Source: an uncultured Chthonomonadaceae bacterium
GTDB taxonomy: Bacteria > Armatimonadota > Chthonomonadetes > Chthonomonadales > Chthonomonadaceae
Assembly: GCA_963835065.1 (NCBI GenBank)
Contig: CAWIEK010000062.1
Span: forward strand, 1-35,607
Direction of reading: 5' to 3'
DNA: 35,607 nucleotides
Under the pieces are notes generated by a model. The model saw only the letters and a program-made list of their open reading frames with translations. It was not told where the DNA came from and ran no database searches. Every line of letters begins with the position of its first letter. The first letter of the stretch is position 1. Shown piece by piece: positions 19,869 through 29,218 of this stretch. The position numbers and the translations under genes were made by a program.

Positions 19869-21566
19869 CTAACTTTGTTCTAAGGAGGATAGCAGCGCTG
19901 TGCCGCGCGCCGTCAGTTGAAGGATACGCGCAAAAGCGACAAGCGCCAGAACTGCCAGCAGCAGGAACACGCGATGCAGGCCAGAAGCAAGGGCGTGTTC
20001 TGCGGAAGCAAGCAGGGCCGGGGACAGATGCGCCCGCGCCTGCGCGTTGAGCAGGTCATTAGGCGTAAAGCCGACAGTTGTGGTTTGGGGCGTACCGGAA
20101 AGTGGCGCGTTTAGGGCGGCGGCCAGATGCGCGTTCAGCACGGCTCCCAATGCGCCGACGCCAACCGTTCCGCTGATCATGCGAAAGAACTGTGAGGAAG
20201 CCGTGACCACGCCGCGCTGCTGCCAGGCTACGGCGTTTTGGGCGGACACCAGAAAAGCCATGCTGCACGGCCCCATTCCCGTGCCCAATAACGCCATCAG
20301 CGCGACAATGATTGGCGTAGGCGTTTGCGCGGAAATCAGCGCCAGGCCAAGCGCGGACAGCAGGATGCAGGCCGCGCCGAACGTCGCCACCTTCCGAAAC
20401 CCGAACCGCGACAGCGCCTTTGCGCCCGCATACGCCGACAGCGCCCACAGCAGCACGAGCGGCGTCAATACCAAACTCGCGCTGTGCGCCGTGCCACCCC
20501 GAACCCCCTGCATAAATAAAGGCATGAAACTGTCAATGGAATACATCATCGTGCCGATTAAAATGTTGCCCACTGTGGAAGCGGCAATGATCGGATTCGC
20601 AAACAGGGCCAGCGGCAGCAACGGCTCGGACGCGCGTTTTTCCTGCCGGAGAAACGCCGTTATCAGCACAAGCGTCAGGGTCAGCAGGGCGAGGGCGGAA
20701 GGCGCGAAAAGGGAAAGCCCCGTACCCAATTGCAGCAGCAGCCACAGCAGCGCGACAACGCCCGCCGTCATTAAAATCAGGCCGGGATAATCCATATCAA
20801 CCCGCGTTTTCCTGCTCCTCTCATTGTTGATTTCCCCTTGCTTGTCTTCCTCATTCTCGCCTTCCAAATGCCTATCATTGGCGTGGTTGGGTTCGCGCAG
20901 GAAGTTGCCGACTAAAAACATCGCCAGCAGGCCGAAAGGCAGATTGACGTAAAATACCCACCGCCAGGAAAGTTGCTCCGTAAGCGCCGCGCCCAAAATC
21001 GGGCCGGACAAACTGGCAAATCCCCACATGCCCGTAAACAATCCCTGTACGCGGGCGCGTTCGCGCAGGGCGTATAGATCGCCGATGACCGTCAGCGTCA
21101 GGGGCATGACGCCGCCCGCGCCCAATCCCTGAATAGCGCGAAAGGCGATCAATTGCGGCATGGAGTGGCTGGCCCCGGACAGCATGGAGCCGAGCAGAAA
21201 GATGCCTGTGGCAATCAGGAAAATACGCCTGCGGCCAAACAAATCGGCCAGTTTGCCGTAAATGGGAACGGTTGCGGTGCTTGTCAGCAGATACGCGGAA
21301 AAGACCCAGGGGTACAGGTGAATGCCGTGCAGGTCGCCGATAACCGTCGGCATGGCTGTGGAAATCACGGTGCTTTCCATCGCGGCGATTAACATTCCGA
21401 GCATCAGGCCGATGGTAATAATGGCGCGGGCGCGTGAAGGTCCGATTACAGGATCAATCCGCGAAGACGGTTCGGTTAGCGAAGAAGACGTTTCCGGCAG
21501 GGAAGACGTTTCGGCGGGGGCATGGACTGCGCCTTGCTCGTCGTGTGCTTGCAGCGTTTCGGGCAA
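19869..21566 (-). CDS. MFS drug:H+ antiporter (DHA2, 14 TM)
   Basis: ESTVISTAMP, GKLADLFGRR, RAIQGLGAG and WRWVFYVNLP; probable TTG start at 21566 after AGGAAGG. Confidence 0.92.
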   Translation of the reverse strand: MPETLQAHDEQGAVHAPAETSSLPETSSSLTEPSSRIDPVIGPSRARAIITIGLMLGMLIAAMESTVISTAMPTVIGDLHGIHLYPWVFSAYLLTSTATVPIYGKLADLFGRRRIFLIATGIFLLGSMLSGASHSMPQLIAFRAIQGLGAGGVMPLTLTVIGDLYALRERARVQGLFTGMWGFASLSGPILGAALTEQLSWRWVFYVNLPFGLLAMFLVGNFLREPNHANDRHLEGENEEDKQGEINNERSRKTRVDMDYPGLILMTAGVVALLWLLLQLGTGLSLFAPSALALLTLTLVLITAFLRQEKRASEPLLPLALFANPIIAASTVGNILIGTMMYSIDSFMPLFMQGVRGGTAHSASLVLTPLVLLWALSAYAGAKALSRFGFRKVATFGAACILLSALGLALISAQTPTPIIVALMALLGTGMGPCSMAFLVSAQNAVAWQQRGVVTASSQFFRMISGTVGVGALGAVLNAHLAAALNAPLSGTPQTTTVGFTPNDLLNAQARAHLSPALLASAEHALASGLHRVFLLLAVLALVAFARILQLTARGTALLSSLEQS

Positions 21567-21820
21567 AATAAAACCTTCCTGGGTTTTCGATAGGCAACCG
21601 CCTGGCACACCATTTCAAGTGGCTTCGGCTGTTAGCCTTCGCCTTACTATACCACGTTCGTTACGTTTCCTGTCTTTTGCCGCGCTGCCGGGTATGGAAA
21701 ACAACCTGCGTCGCAACGCTGTATTGAGCGGGTATACTAAATATACAGCGTGACGCTTATCAACACCTGACCCGTCACTCGAAACTAGTTCTATTTGTGG
21801 CTGCTCAGATAAATTTCGTG

Positions 21821-22465
21821 ATGTACATTCCCGCCTGGTTCCATGAAGAAAACCGCGCCGTTCTGCACGATTTGATGCGGCAGTTCAGTTTCGCCACGCT
21901 TGTGACGCAAACGGCAAACGGCGCGTCAGAATTGTTCGCAAGCCACTTGCCGTTTTTGCTCAATGCTGAGACAGGCGAACAGGGAACATTGCGGGCACAC
22001 CTTGCGCTTGCCAACCCGCAATGGCGCGATTGCGCCGGGGAACACGAAGTTCTGGTTGTGTTTCAGGGGCCACATGCGTACATTTCGCCCGCGTGGGTTG
22101 TCAAACATCCGAGTGTGCCGACGTGGAACTATGCGGTGGTTCATGCTTACGGCATCCCGCGCCTGCTTTCTCACGAGGAATTGCTCGCCACGCTGGAGGA
22201 TACTGTGACCCTCTATGAATCCGGCTTTGCGCAGCCCTGGACGATGGAGGAACTGTCGGCCAACTATGTGGATGGCATGGCGCGCGGCATTGTCGGCATT
22301 GAGATTGCCCTAACGCGACTGGAAGGCAAATTCAAACTCAGTCAGAACCGCTCCGAAGCAGACCGGGCCGGCATCATCACGCATTTGCGGCAAAGCGGCC
22401 ATGCATCAGACGTGGAAACCGCCGACTGGATGCAAAAAGAACCTAACCTGAAAAGAAATTTATAA
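21821..22465 (+). CDS. paiB: PaiB-family FMN-binding negative transcriptional regulator
   Basis: MYIPAWF, ASHLPF, GPHAYISP.W, VPTWNY, KFKLSQNR. Confidence 0.92.
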   Translation: MYIPAWFHEENRAVLHDLMRQFSFATLVTQTANGASELFASHLPFLLNAETGEQGTLRAHLALANPQWRDCAGEHEVLVVFQGPHAYISPAWVVKHPSVPTWNYAVVHAYGIPRLLSHEELLATLEDTVTLYESGFAQPWTMEELSANYVDGMARGIVGIEIALTRLEGKFKLSQNRSEADRAGIITHLRQSGHASDVETADWMQKEPNLKRNL

Positions 22466-22487
22466 CAGACGCCATGCGCTTCGCGCG

Positions 22488-22535
22488 CCTTAGACCATGA
22501 ACGACCCGGATTGTCCGAACACCGAATACCGACAC
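22488..22535 (-). repeat. Composite repeat copy 3 (inverted)
   Basis: Reverse complement reads gtgtcggtattcggtgttcggacaatccgggtcgttcatggtctaagg, which aligns with copy 1. Confidence 0.75.
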
Positions 22536-22579
22536 TTTCAGGCCAGAAACTTGACCGAAACTTATAAAGGAACTCGCCC

Positions 22580-23794
22580 ATGACGACAACGATGCTGTCT
22601 CCCTTTCATAACATTGCGCAGGCTCCCGCCGACCCGATTTTGGGATTGACGGAAGCCTTCAATGCCGACCCGAACCCCGCCAAAGTGAACCTCGGCGTGG
22701 GCGTGTATCAGGACGACAACGGCAAAGTGCCCGTGCTGAAAGTGGTGCGCGAAGCCGAAACGCGGTGGCATGACCGAGAAGACTCCAAAAGCTACCTGCC
22801 CATAGATGGCGTTCCCGCGTACAACAAGCAGGTGCAGCAATTGCTGTTCGGCTCGGCCTCGCCCATCATAACATCAAAACGCGCCGTGACCATTCAGGCG
22901 TTGGGCGGCACGGGCGCATTAAAAGTGGGCGCGGATTTCCTGCGCCGCTTTTTCCCCGAATCCAACATTTACATCAGCAATCCCAGTTGGGAAAACCATC
23001 GCGCCTTGTTCGAGGCGGCGAATTTTACGGTGGAAAATTATCCTTACTATGACCCGCAAACGCATGGCGTAGACTTCGACGGCATGGTGAACCATATCAA
23101 GGGTTTGCCCGCCCAAAGCATCGTCGTGCTTCACGCCTGCTGCCACAACCCGACAGGCGCGGATTTGACCCCGGCGCAATGGGACACGCTGATTGACGTT
23201 TTTCAGAACGCGAATTTGATTCCTTACCTCGACTTCGCGTATCAAGGCTTTGGAGCCGGATTGGAAGAGGACGCTTACGCGGTTCGCGCGTTTGCGAACG
23301 CCGGAATTCCCTGCCTGATCGCCAATTCGTTTTCCAAGTCGTTTTCGCTGTACCGGGAACGTGACGGGGCGCTGACGATTTTAACCGAAGATGAGGGCGA
23401 AGCGAAGCGGGTATTGAGCCAGTTGAAGCGCGTGATTCGCACCAACTATTCCAGTCCCGCCGCGCACGGAGCCAATGTTGTCGCGCTGATTCTGGCCGAT
23501 GCCGAACTGCGCGGGTTGTGGGAGGAAGAACTGGCCGAAATGCGCAATCGCATTCAGCGTATGCGCGGCCTGTTCGTGCAGGGCTTGCAGGAACGCAATG
23601 TAAGGCAGGACTTCGGCTTCATCGCCCACCAGCAAGGCATGTTTTCCTATTCCGGCCTGACCCGTGACCAAGTCCACAAACTGCGCGACGAGTACAGCCT
23701 GTACATCGTGGACAGCGGGCGTATCTGCGTGGCCGCCATGAACGCCAAGAACCTGCCGGCCATTTGCGACGCCATTGCCCACGTGGTGAAATAG
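22580..23794 (+). CDS. tyrB: Aromatic amino acid/aspartate aminotransferase (class I, TyrB/AspC)
   Basis: DPILGL, KVNLGVGVY, HACCHNPTG, DFAYQGF, SFSKSF (PLP lysine), GMFSYSG, SGRI. TyrB and AspC cannot be distinguished by eye. Confidence 0.93.
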   Translation: MTTTMLSPFHNIAQAPADPILGLTEAFNADPNPAKVNLGVGVYQDDNGKVPVLKVVREAETRWHDREDSKSYLPIDGVPAYNKQVQQLLFGSASPIITSKRAVTIQALGGTGALKVGADFLRRFFPESNIYISNPSWENHRALFEAANFTVENYPYYDPQTHGVDFDGMVNHIKGLPAQSIVVLHACCHNPTGADLTPAQWDTLIDVFQNANLIPYLDFAYQGFGAGLEEDAYAVRAFANAGIPCLIANSFSKSFSLYRERDGALTILTEDEGEAKRVLSQLKRVIRTNYSSPAAHGANVVALILADAELRGLWEEELAEMRNRIQRMRGLFVQGLQERNVRQDFGFIAHQQGMFSYSGLTRDQVHKLRDEYSLYIVDSGRICVAAMNAKNLPAICDAIAHVVK

Positions 23795-23884
23795 CCCTCA
23801 CCCCAACCCCTCTCCCAAAAAGCATGGGAGAGGGGCTAATCTTAAAACTCCAACCCCTCTCCCAAAAAGCGTGGGAGAGAGGCC
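23795..23884 (+). repeat. Two tandem CCCTCACCCC..CCCCTCTCCC..GGGAGAGGGG palindromic repeats
   Basis: Units at 23795-23837 and about 23848-23884, directly after the aminotransferase stop. Confidence 0.8.
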
Positions 23885-23937
23885 AATTTATAAAAATTGC
23901 AAAATCGGGCTGAATATTTGTTCTTTGAGGAACGTAA

Positions 23938-24153
23938 TCAGGCCGATGCTTCGTTTGATGATGAGGACGGTAGGCTGCTTCCGGCCATGCGGTCTGCCGC
24001 CTGCATCGCTTCTTGCTGCGTGGCAAATTCCTGCGTTTCCGTGTTGTCAATGAACAGGACGAACACCTGCTTGCGCTTGCGAACGCTGATTTCGCTGCCT
24101 GTGGACGGCTGCAAGCGCGTGTACACGCGGGTTCCTTTTCGTGTTGGCTGCAT
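23938..24153 (-). CDS. Small hypothetical protein
   Basis: 71 aa, GAAAGG SD, plausible beta-beta-alpha pattern. Confidence 0.6.
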   Translation of the reverse strand: MQPTRKGTRVYTRLQPSTGSEISVRKRKQVFVLFIDNTETQEFATQQEAMQAADRMAGSSLPSSSSNEASA

Positions 24154-24178
24154 CTTTTTTACCTTTCCGGGCGTTCAG

Positions 24179-24234
24179 AAGCCTCCGCGGAATAAGTTCC
24201 TCGGCTGTGGTAACCAAGTCCGCCTGCGCGGACT
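24179..24234. repeat. REP-like double hairpin (AGTCCGC-CTGC-GCGGACT)
   Basis: Perfect 7-bp stem at 24217-24234, preceded by an imperfect palindrome; single copy in the window. Confidence 0.5.
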
Positions 24235-24311
24235 GGAACGGTTAGTGTGTTGTAAGTTCCTTATCAAAGCCTTCTCCGCCAGCGCGTGAAACGGCGCCGG
24301 TATAGTTTTCT

Positions 24312-24803
24312 TCACTCGGCGAGGTCGCGCCACTCGGCGAACAGGGCAGCCTGTCCATAGGGCTGCCCATTTTCATCCGTCAGCGTCCAGACCGTCGCGT
24401 TTTCGATCCAGAAGCGGCGTCCGTTTTTGGCGATGCGAACGCCCCGGTAATCGTCAATGTAGCCCTGCGCCCGAACCCGCTCGAACAAGCGGGCGCGCTC
24501 CGCCTGATGCAGCGGTTCGGCAGACAGGCGCGACGGCAGGCGCGTAAATTCCTCCCACGTCATTGCGAATAGATGCAGCGCCGTTGCATTGCCGTAATTA
24601 AAAATCGGTTCCTCGCCACTGGGCGCGGCATTGTGCGATACCAGCGCATACGGAGCCGTCCAGATTTGCCGCGCCTGCTCGTCAGGCGGCAAGGTCGGAT
24701 CAATCACATCGCGCCCCAGCAGTTGCCGGTAACTGTTCACCATTCGCGCAATGTGCGGCGCAAGCCACCCGTTTTCTTCACAGGGTTCAACGCGGGGAAA
24801 CAT
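24312..24803 (-). CDS. Stand-alone MEKHLA-domain protein
   Basis: PIFNYGNATAL.LF.MTWEEF..LPSRLSAE, YRGVRIAKNGRRFWIENATVW; AGGAG SD before ATG 24803. Confidence 0.92.
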   Translation of the reverse strand: MFPRVEPCEENGWLAPHIARMVNSYRQLLGRDVIDPTLPPDEQARQIWTAPYALVSHNAAPSGEEPIFNYGNATALHLFAMTWEEFTRLPSRLSAEPLHQAERARLFERVRAQGYIDDYRGVRIAKNGRRFWIENATVWTLTDENGQPYGQAALFAEWRDLAE

Positions 24804-24880
24804 CTGCGGACAATCTCCTGTCAGGTACAATACAGCAATTGAAATTCGCTGTTCCCACCCTACTACGAAAGAAAACACGC

Positions 24881-26263
24881 ATGATTACGCGCATCGAAAT
24901 TGACGGCTTCAAAACCTTTCAGGACTTTGCTGTTGACCTCGCTCCCTTCCAAGTCATCATCGGCGCAAACGGCTGCGGCAAAAGCAACTTCTTCGATGCT
25001 TTACATTTGCTCTCGCAGATTATTAATTCAGGAGTATACGTAGCTTTACAATCTTTACGCGGAAGATTACGTGAGCTTTTCACTCAACTTCCTGATGGGA
25101 AGTCGGCAGATAAAATTCGTTTTGGCGTTGAGATGTTAGTCACGTCCACTGTTCGAGATGAATGGGGGCAAAGTGTTGAATTGGCAAACCCTCGCCTCCG
25201 CTACGAGCTGGAAATTCGTTACCGTCCTGATTTATCTGGCGTAGAGTGGCTCTCGATTGAACATGAATCGCTCACCTCTATAATGTGGCGTCAAGACAGG
25301 TGGCTGTCTGGATACGAATTGTTCGCTGCCGGTATCCGTTCTACCATTGACGAAATAAAATACATTGTTACTGAATTTACTGGCAGTGAACCGGCAGTAC
25401 GGCTGTTGCAGGATAATACCGGTATTATGCCTCGCGTGAAAACGTTTTCTCTACGATCCCTGGAGAAAACGATGCTTAGCGCTGCACAAGATTGCGAAAC
25501 TCCCCATGCGCTTGCCGTTCGTCAAGAAATCCAAAGCTGGCAGTTCGCAAACATTGAAACTTATGTAATGTCAATGTCGCCCGACTTGCAATTTTCTGGC
25601 ACACCAACGGAAATGATTACCGGGAACCAAATCCCATATATCCTTGCTAAAATGCAGGCAGAAGTGCCCGAGCAAATGGCTTGGGTTTCAAGGGACATGG
25701 CAAGTTTGATTCCGAACCTTCGTTTTATAGAGGTCGCCACTGAGCCGGATAATCGTATTGTGGTTTACGCGAATATGCAAGATGGACGCCGTTTTTCAAT
25801 ACGAGTTCTCTCTGATGGCACTCTGCGTTTATTAGCGCTCGCCACCTTACGTAACGATCCAAAACGACAAGGCGAACATAGCGTTATCTGCTTTGAAGAC
25901 CCGGAGGAAGATGTACATCCCGGCGTACTCAAAAGGTTAGTAGGCTTGATGCGCGATATGACTGCAAATTTGTTCGACGATCAGCAGTTAAGATCGCCGT
26001 TGCGCCAATTGCTGGTAACGACGCACTCGCCGGAATTCGTCAGCCATTTAGATGTTCGCGCAGGAGAGTTGCTGTACGCGGAGATGGTGACGCGGATGCA
26101 GCCGGGGCAACTGCCAATGCAGGTGACGCGCATGACGCCTGTTGGCAGAGAGATCGAAGGGGATAAAGCCGCCAAATCGTATACGCTCAACCAAGTGTTC
26201 AAATACTTGAACAACGCGGATTATCAAGCCATTCGCAACGATTTGCAAAAGGCAGGCGGCTGA
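24881..26263 (+). CDS. ABC-type/AAA_21 ATPase (copy 1)
   Basis: Walker A GANGCGKS, signature LSDGT, Walker B ICFEDPE, H-loop TTHSP; the stop overlaps the next start (TGATG). Confidence 0.9.
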   Translation: MITRIEIDGFKTFQDFAVDLAPFQVIIGANGCGKSNFFDALHLLSQIINSGVYVALQSLRGRLRELFTQLPDGKSADKIRFGVEMLVTSTVRDEWGQSVELANPRLRYELEIRYRPDLSGVEWLSIEHESLTSIMWRQDRWLSGYELFAAGIRSTIDEIKYIVTEFTGSEPAVRLLQDNTGIMPRVKTFSLRSLEKTMLSAAQDCETPHALAVRQEIQSWQFANIETYVMSMSPDLQFSGTPTEMITGNQIPYILAKMQAEVPEQMAWVSRDMASLIPNLRFIEVATEPDNRIVVYANMQDGRRFSIRVLSDGTLRLLALATLRNDPKRQGEHSVICFEDPEEDVHPGVLKRLVGLMRDMTANLFDDQQLRSPLRQLLVTTHSPEFVSHLDVRAGELLYAEMVTRMQPGQLPMQVTRMTPVGREIEGDKAAKSYTLNQVFKYLNNADYQAIRNDLQKAGG

Positions 26264-26953
26264 TGGTCGGCCTGCCACTCCGCTTCGCGCTTTATCACGA
26301 AGGCAGTTCCGACCAGCACTTTCTGCCGTTTCTCATTCGGCGCACGGTAGGCCGCATTGTGGCGGGACGAGAACGCTACGCGCTGGACATTTTCGAGGTG
26401 GAGGCCGTCAACGAATGGAACGGCTTGCCTTCGCCAACAGGAGCCTACCCAACTCGTGTTTTAGAAGCGGCGCGGCGGGCGGAAGGGTTCGATGCGCTTG
26501 TTATTCATCGTGACGCGGATAGTCCGAGTACGGCGGTTGCCTTAAGACGTTACATACAACCGGCCTTCAAACTTGTGGAAGAAAGCACGGAGCCGATATG
26601 CAAAGTCTTGATTCCTATCATTCCTGTTCGCTGCATTGAGTCTTGGATGCTTGCCGACGCCGACGCCCTCCATACCGTCACCGAAACCAATGTGCGCCCG
26701 GAACAGTCTAGGGCTTCCCGCAACGCCGCCACAGGCAGAAAGTATTCAAAAGCCGAAAGAAGCTTTGCAGCAGGCGATTGATATAGCGCGCGGCAACAGG
26801 CGGCGCGGACGCCGGGAAATGGACATTAAAGATTTATATGAAGGACTTGCGCAGCAGATCAACTTATCCCTGCTGGAACAGCTTGCGTCTTACAAGCAGT
26901 TCTGTAAAGATGTAGAGCAAAAACTCACAGATATGCACAAGATTACGCCTTGA
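26263..26953 (+). pseudogene. DUF4276-type TOPRIM-like protein (copy 1) with a single +1 frameshift near 26690-26707
   Basis: EGSSD, HRDAD and PVRCIESWMLAD in one frame; LGLP..AESIQKPK..LYEGLAQQINL..LASYKQF in another. The span is 691 nt (3n+1). It may be a sequencing error. Confidence 0.8.
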
Positions 26954-27054
26954 TAGTACACCTGCGCCTGAGAACAGCACAAGCGAAAATCAAGTCAGGC
27001 GCAATACCGCAGCACAAATTTGCTGTTCTCACCCTACTACGAAAGAAAACACGC

Positions 27055-28450
27055 ATGATTACGCGCATCGAAATTGACGGCTTCAAAACCTTTCAGGATT
27101 TTGCTGTAGACCTTGCTCCCTTTCAGGTCATCATTGGCGCAAACGGCTGCGGCAAAAGCAACTTTTTCGACGCGCTCGACTTGCTGTCCGGTTGCACTCC
27201 GAAATTCGGACGGCGCATTTCAAAGAGATCGCGGAAACATCGACGAACTATTCACCATTCTGCCCGGAATAAATCTGTAGATGAAATGCGGTTTAGCTGT
27301 TGAGATGCTAATGGAGGGTATGAACAAGATGGATTAGAAGGGCTGAAACGAAAAAACTTAACACGCATGCGGTACGTTAAATTCAGTTGCAAAAACGGAC
27401 CAGCCCGACGGGTTTGAACAACTAGATGTCTATGAAGAACATCTTGACGCTATTTCTACTGACAAAGATCGCTTGGGCGAATAGGCGGTTCCAGATGATG
27501 CCAAGCCTCTTTAGAAAGTACAAGCCAGACATGGATTTTCACAAACCGCACGAGTTAAGATGGCAGCACATACAATGGTGGAACTGATGTCGTAAGTTAT
27601 AAATCTGACTGATTAATTGATGTTTTACTCAAATGACTATTGGCCGCAGTTTGGGATTCGCCAACCGTCCCATGATTAGTATCTACTTAGATGCACACTC
27701 GCCGCATTTACTAGCGCTCAGAAGGAGTTAAGCAGCATTGCGCCTGTTGCGGCTGGACACGGCTAAGTTACGGCTGCCAAGTGATTATTTTGCCGAAAAG
27801 ACTGTAGCAGCAACAGGTGAAAACCTTCCGGCAACATTAGCGCGGATGCAGGATAAACATCTGCTCAAAGATGTTTCGCGGGACGTCCTTAACATCGTGC
27901 CCGGTTTTGCAAGCATCGAAGTGGACCTGGACGAAGGGCGGAAGCAAATTTACGAATTTACGCCAACATGCGAGATGAGCGCCGCTTTTCTATTGATGCG
28001 CTGTCGGAGGGAACGATGCGCATACTGGCCCTTGCCACACTGCGCAACGATCCGCAATTGCAAGGAACGTTGTGCGTTGAAGACCCGGAAATGGGCGTTC
28101 ATCCCGCCGCGTTGAAGCGCATTGTAAAATTGTTAGCGCGGCATGGCTACCGAGTTAACAGTCCCGAAGATTTGCAATTGCCTCTGCGTCAGGTGCTTGT
28201 AACCACACACTCGCCGGAATTAGTTAGCCACCTGGACGTAGCGGCGGGCGAACTGCTGTTTGCGACAATGGCTACGCGGGTTGGTCGTGAACAAGCGCCA
28301 ATGCAGGTGACGCGCATGTCGCCGGTTCGCGTAGATGAGGGAAAAAACACGCCGGAAGGAGCCTACGCGCTTACCAATGTAATCGCTTACCTGAATGGCA
28401 GCGGCGTGGAAGCCGCCAATAAAAAGCTGCGGGCGGCGCACCTGAAATGA
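27055..28450 (+). pseudogene. ABC-type/AAA_21 ATPase (copy 2), multiply frameshifted
   Basis: First ~41 aa identical to copy 1; fragments RGNIDELFTILP, GENLPATLARMQ, LSEGT, LCVEDPE and TTHSPE are spread over different frames. Confidence 0.8.
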
Positions 28451-29127
28451 ACGTTCTGACTATCGCTGTGTATCTGGAAGGCAGTTCCGATAAGGCTCTG
28501 CCCATTCTGGTACAGCGCGTCGCACAGCAGATGGTGAATGAGCATGGGTGGGCGGAACGGGGCTGGGGTGATGTGGATGTGCTGTCGCCCCTGATTCTCA
28601 ATGAGTTCGTCACAAATGAACCCCCGAACTTGCCCGCCCGGCTGCTGGCAGCGGCTCGCTTTGCGCATGGCTACCGTATCCTTGTGATTCATCGAGACGC
28701 GGACGCCGCCACAACCGACAAGGCCAAAAGGAAAAATGAACTGGCGCTGAAACGTGTCAAACAGGCGTCGGCGAACGGCATTGCGGTTTGCAGCGCCATT
28801 GTACATCTTGTTCCCATTCGTGAAATGGAGGCATGGCTGCTTGCGGACCCGGACGCTTTGCGCAAAGTGTTCGATCTTGACGCGGATACGGATTTGTCCG
28901 ATGTGCCAAAACATGCCCGCGAAGTGGAAGCTATTAGAGATGCCAAACAGCGTCTCAATCAAGTTATGACACGGATTGCTCCCAATGCCAATCTGGAGGA
29001 TATTTACGAGACGCTTGCGGAAGCCATCAGCCTTGAAAGGCTAAGGCAACTGAGCGCCTTTCAAGAATTTGAACGGGACTTGAAACGAGTTTTGCGCGTA
29101 CTGGAAATCATTGAACCCGGAACATAG
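28447..29127 (+). CDS. DUF4276-type TOPRIM-like protein (copy 2, intact)
   Basis: EGSSD, HRDAD and PIREMEAWLLAD; ATGA overlap with ATPase copy 2. Confidence 0.85.
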   Translation: MNVLTIAVYLEGSSDKALPILVQRVAQQMVNEHGWAERGWGDVDVLSPLILNEFVTNEPPNLPARLLAAARFAHGYRILVIHRDADAATTDKAKRKNELALKRVKQASANGIAVCSAIVHLVPIREMEAWLLADPDALRKVFDLDADTDLSDVPKHAREVEAIRDAKQRLNQVMTRIAPNANLEDIYETLAEAISLERLRQLSAFQEFERDLKRVLRVLEIIEPGT

Positions 29128-29218
29128 AAGAAAACTGCCCGTGTTGAAGCCGCCAATCCTCCTGCGTTCACGCATGGGAATAGGGCGGCTTCTTGCTTTA
29201 GGCTTGCAGAATATACAG

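Noticed and set aside
24842..27175. Diversity-generating retroelement template/variable repeat pair
   Set aside because: Mismatches are synonymous third-position changes rather than adenine-specific, and no reverse transcriptase is present.
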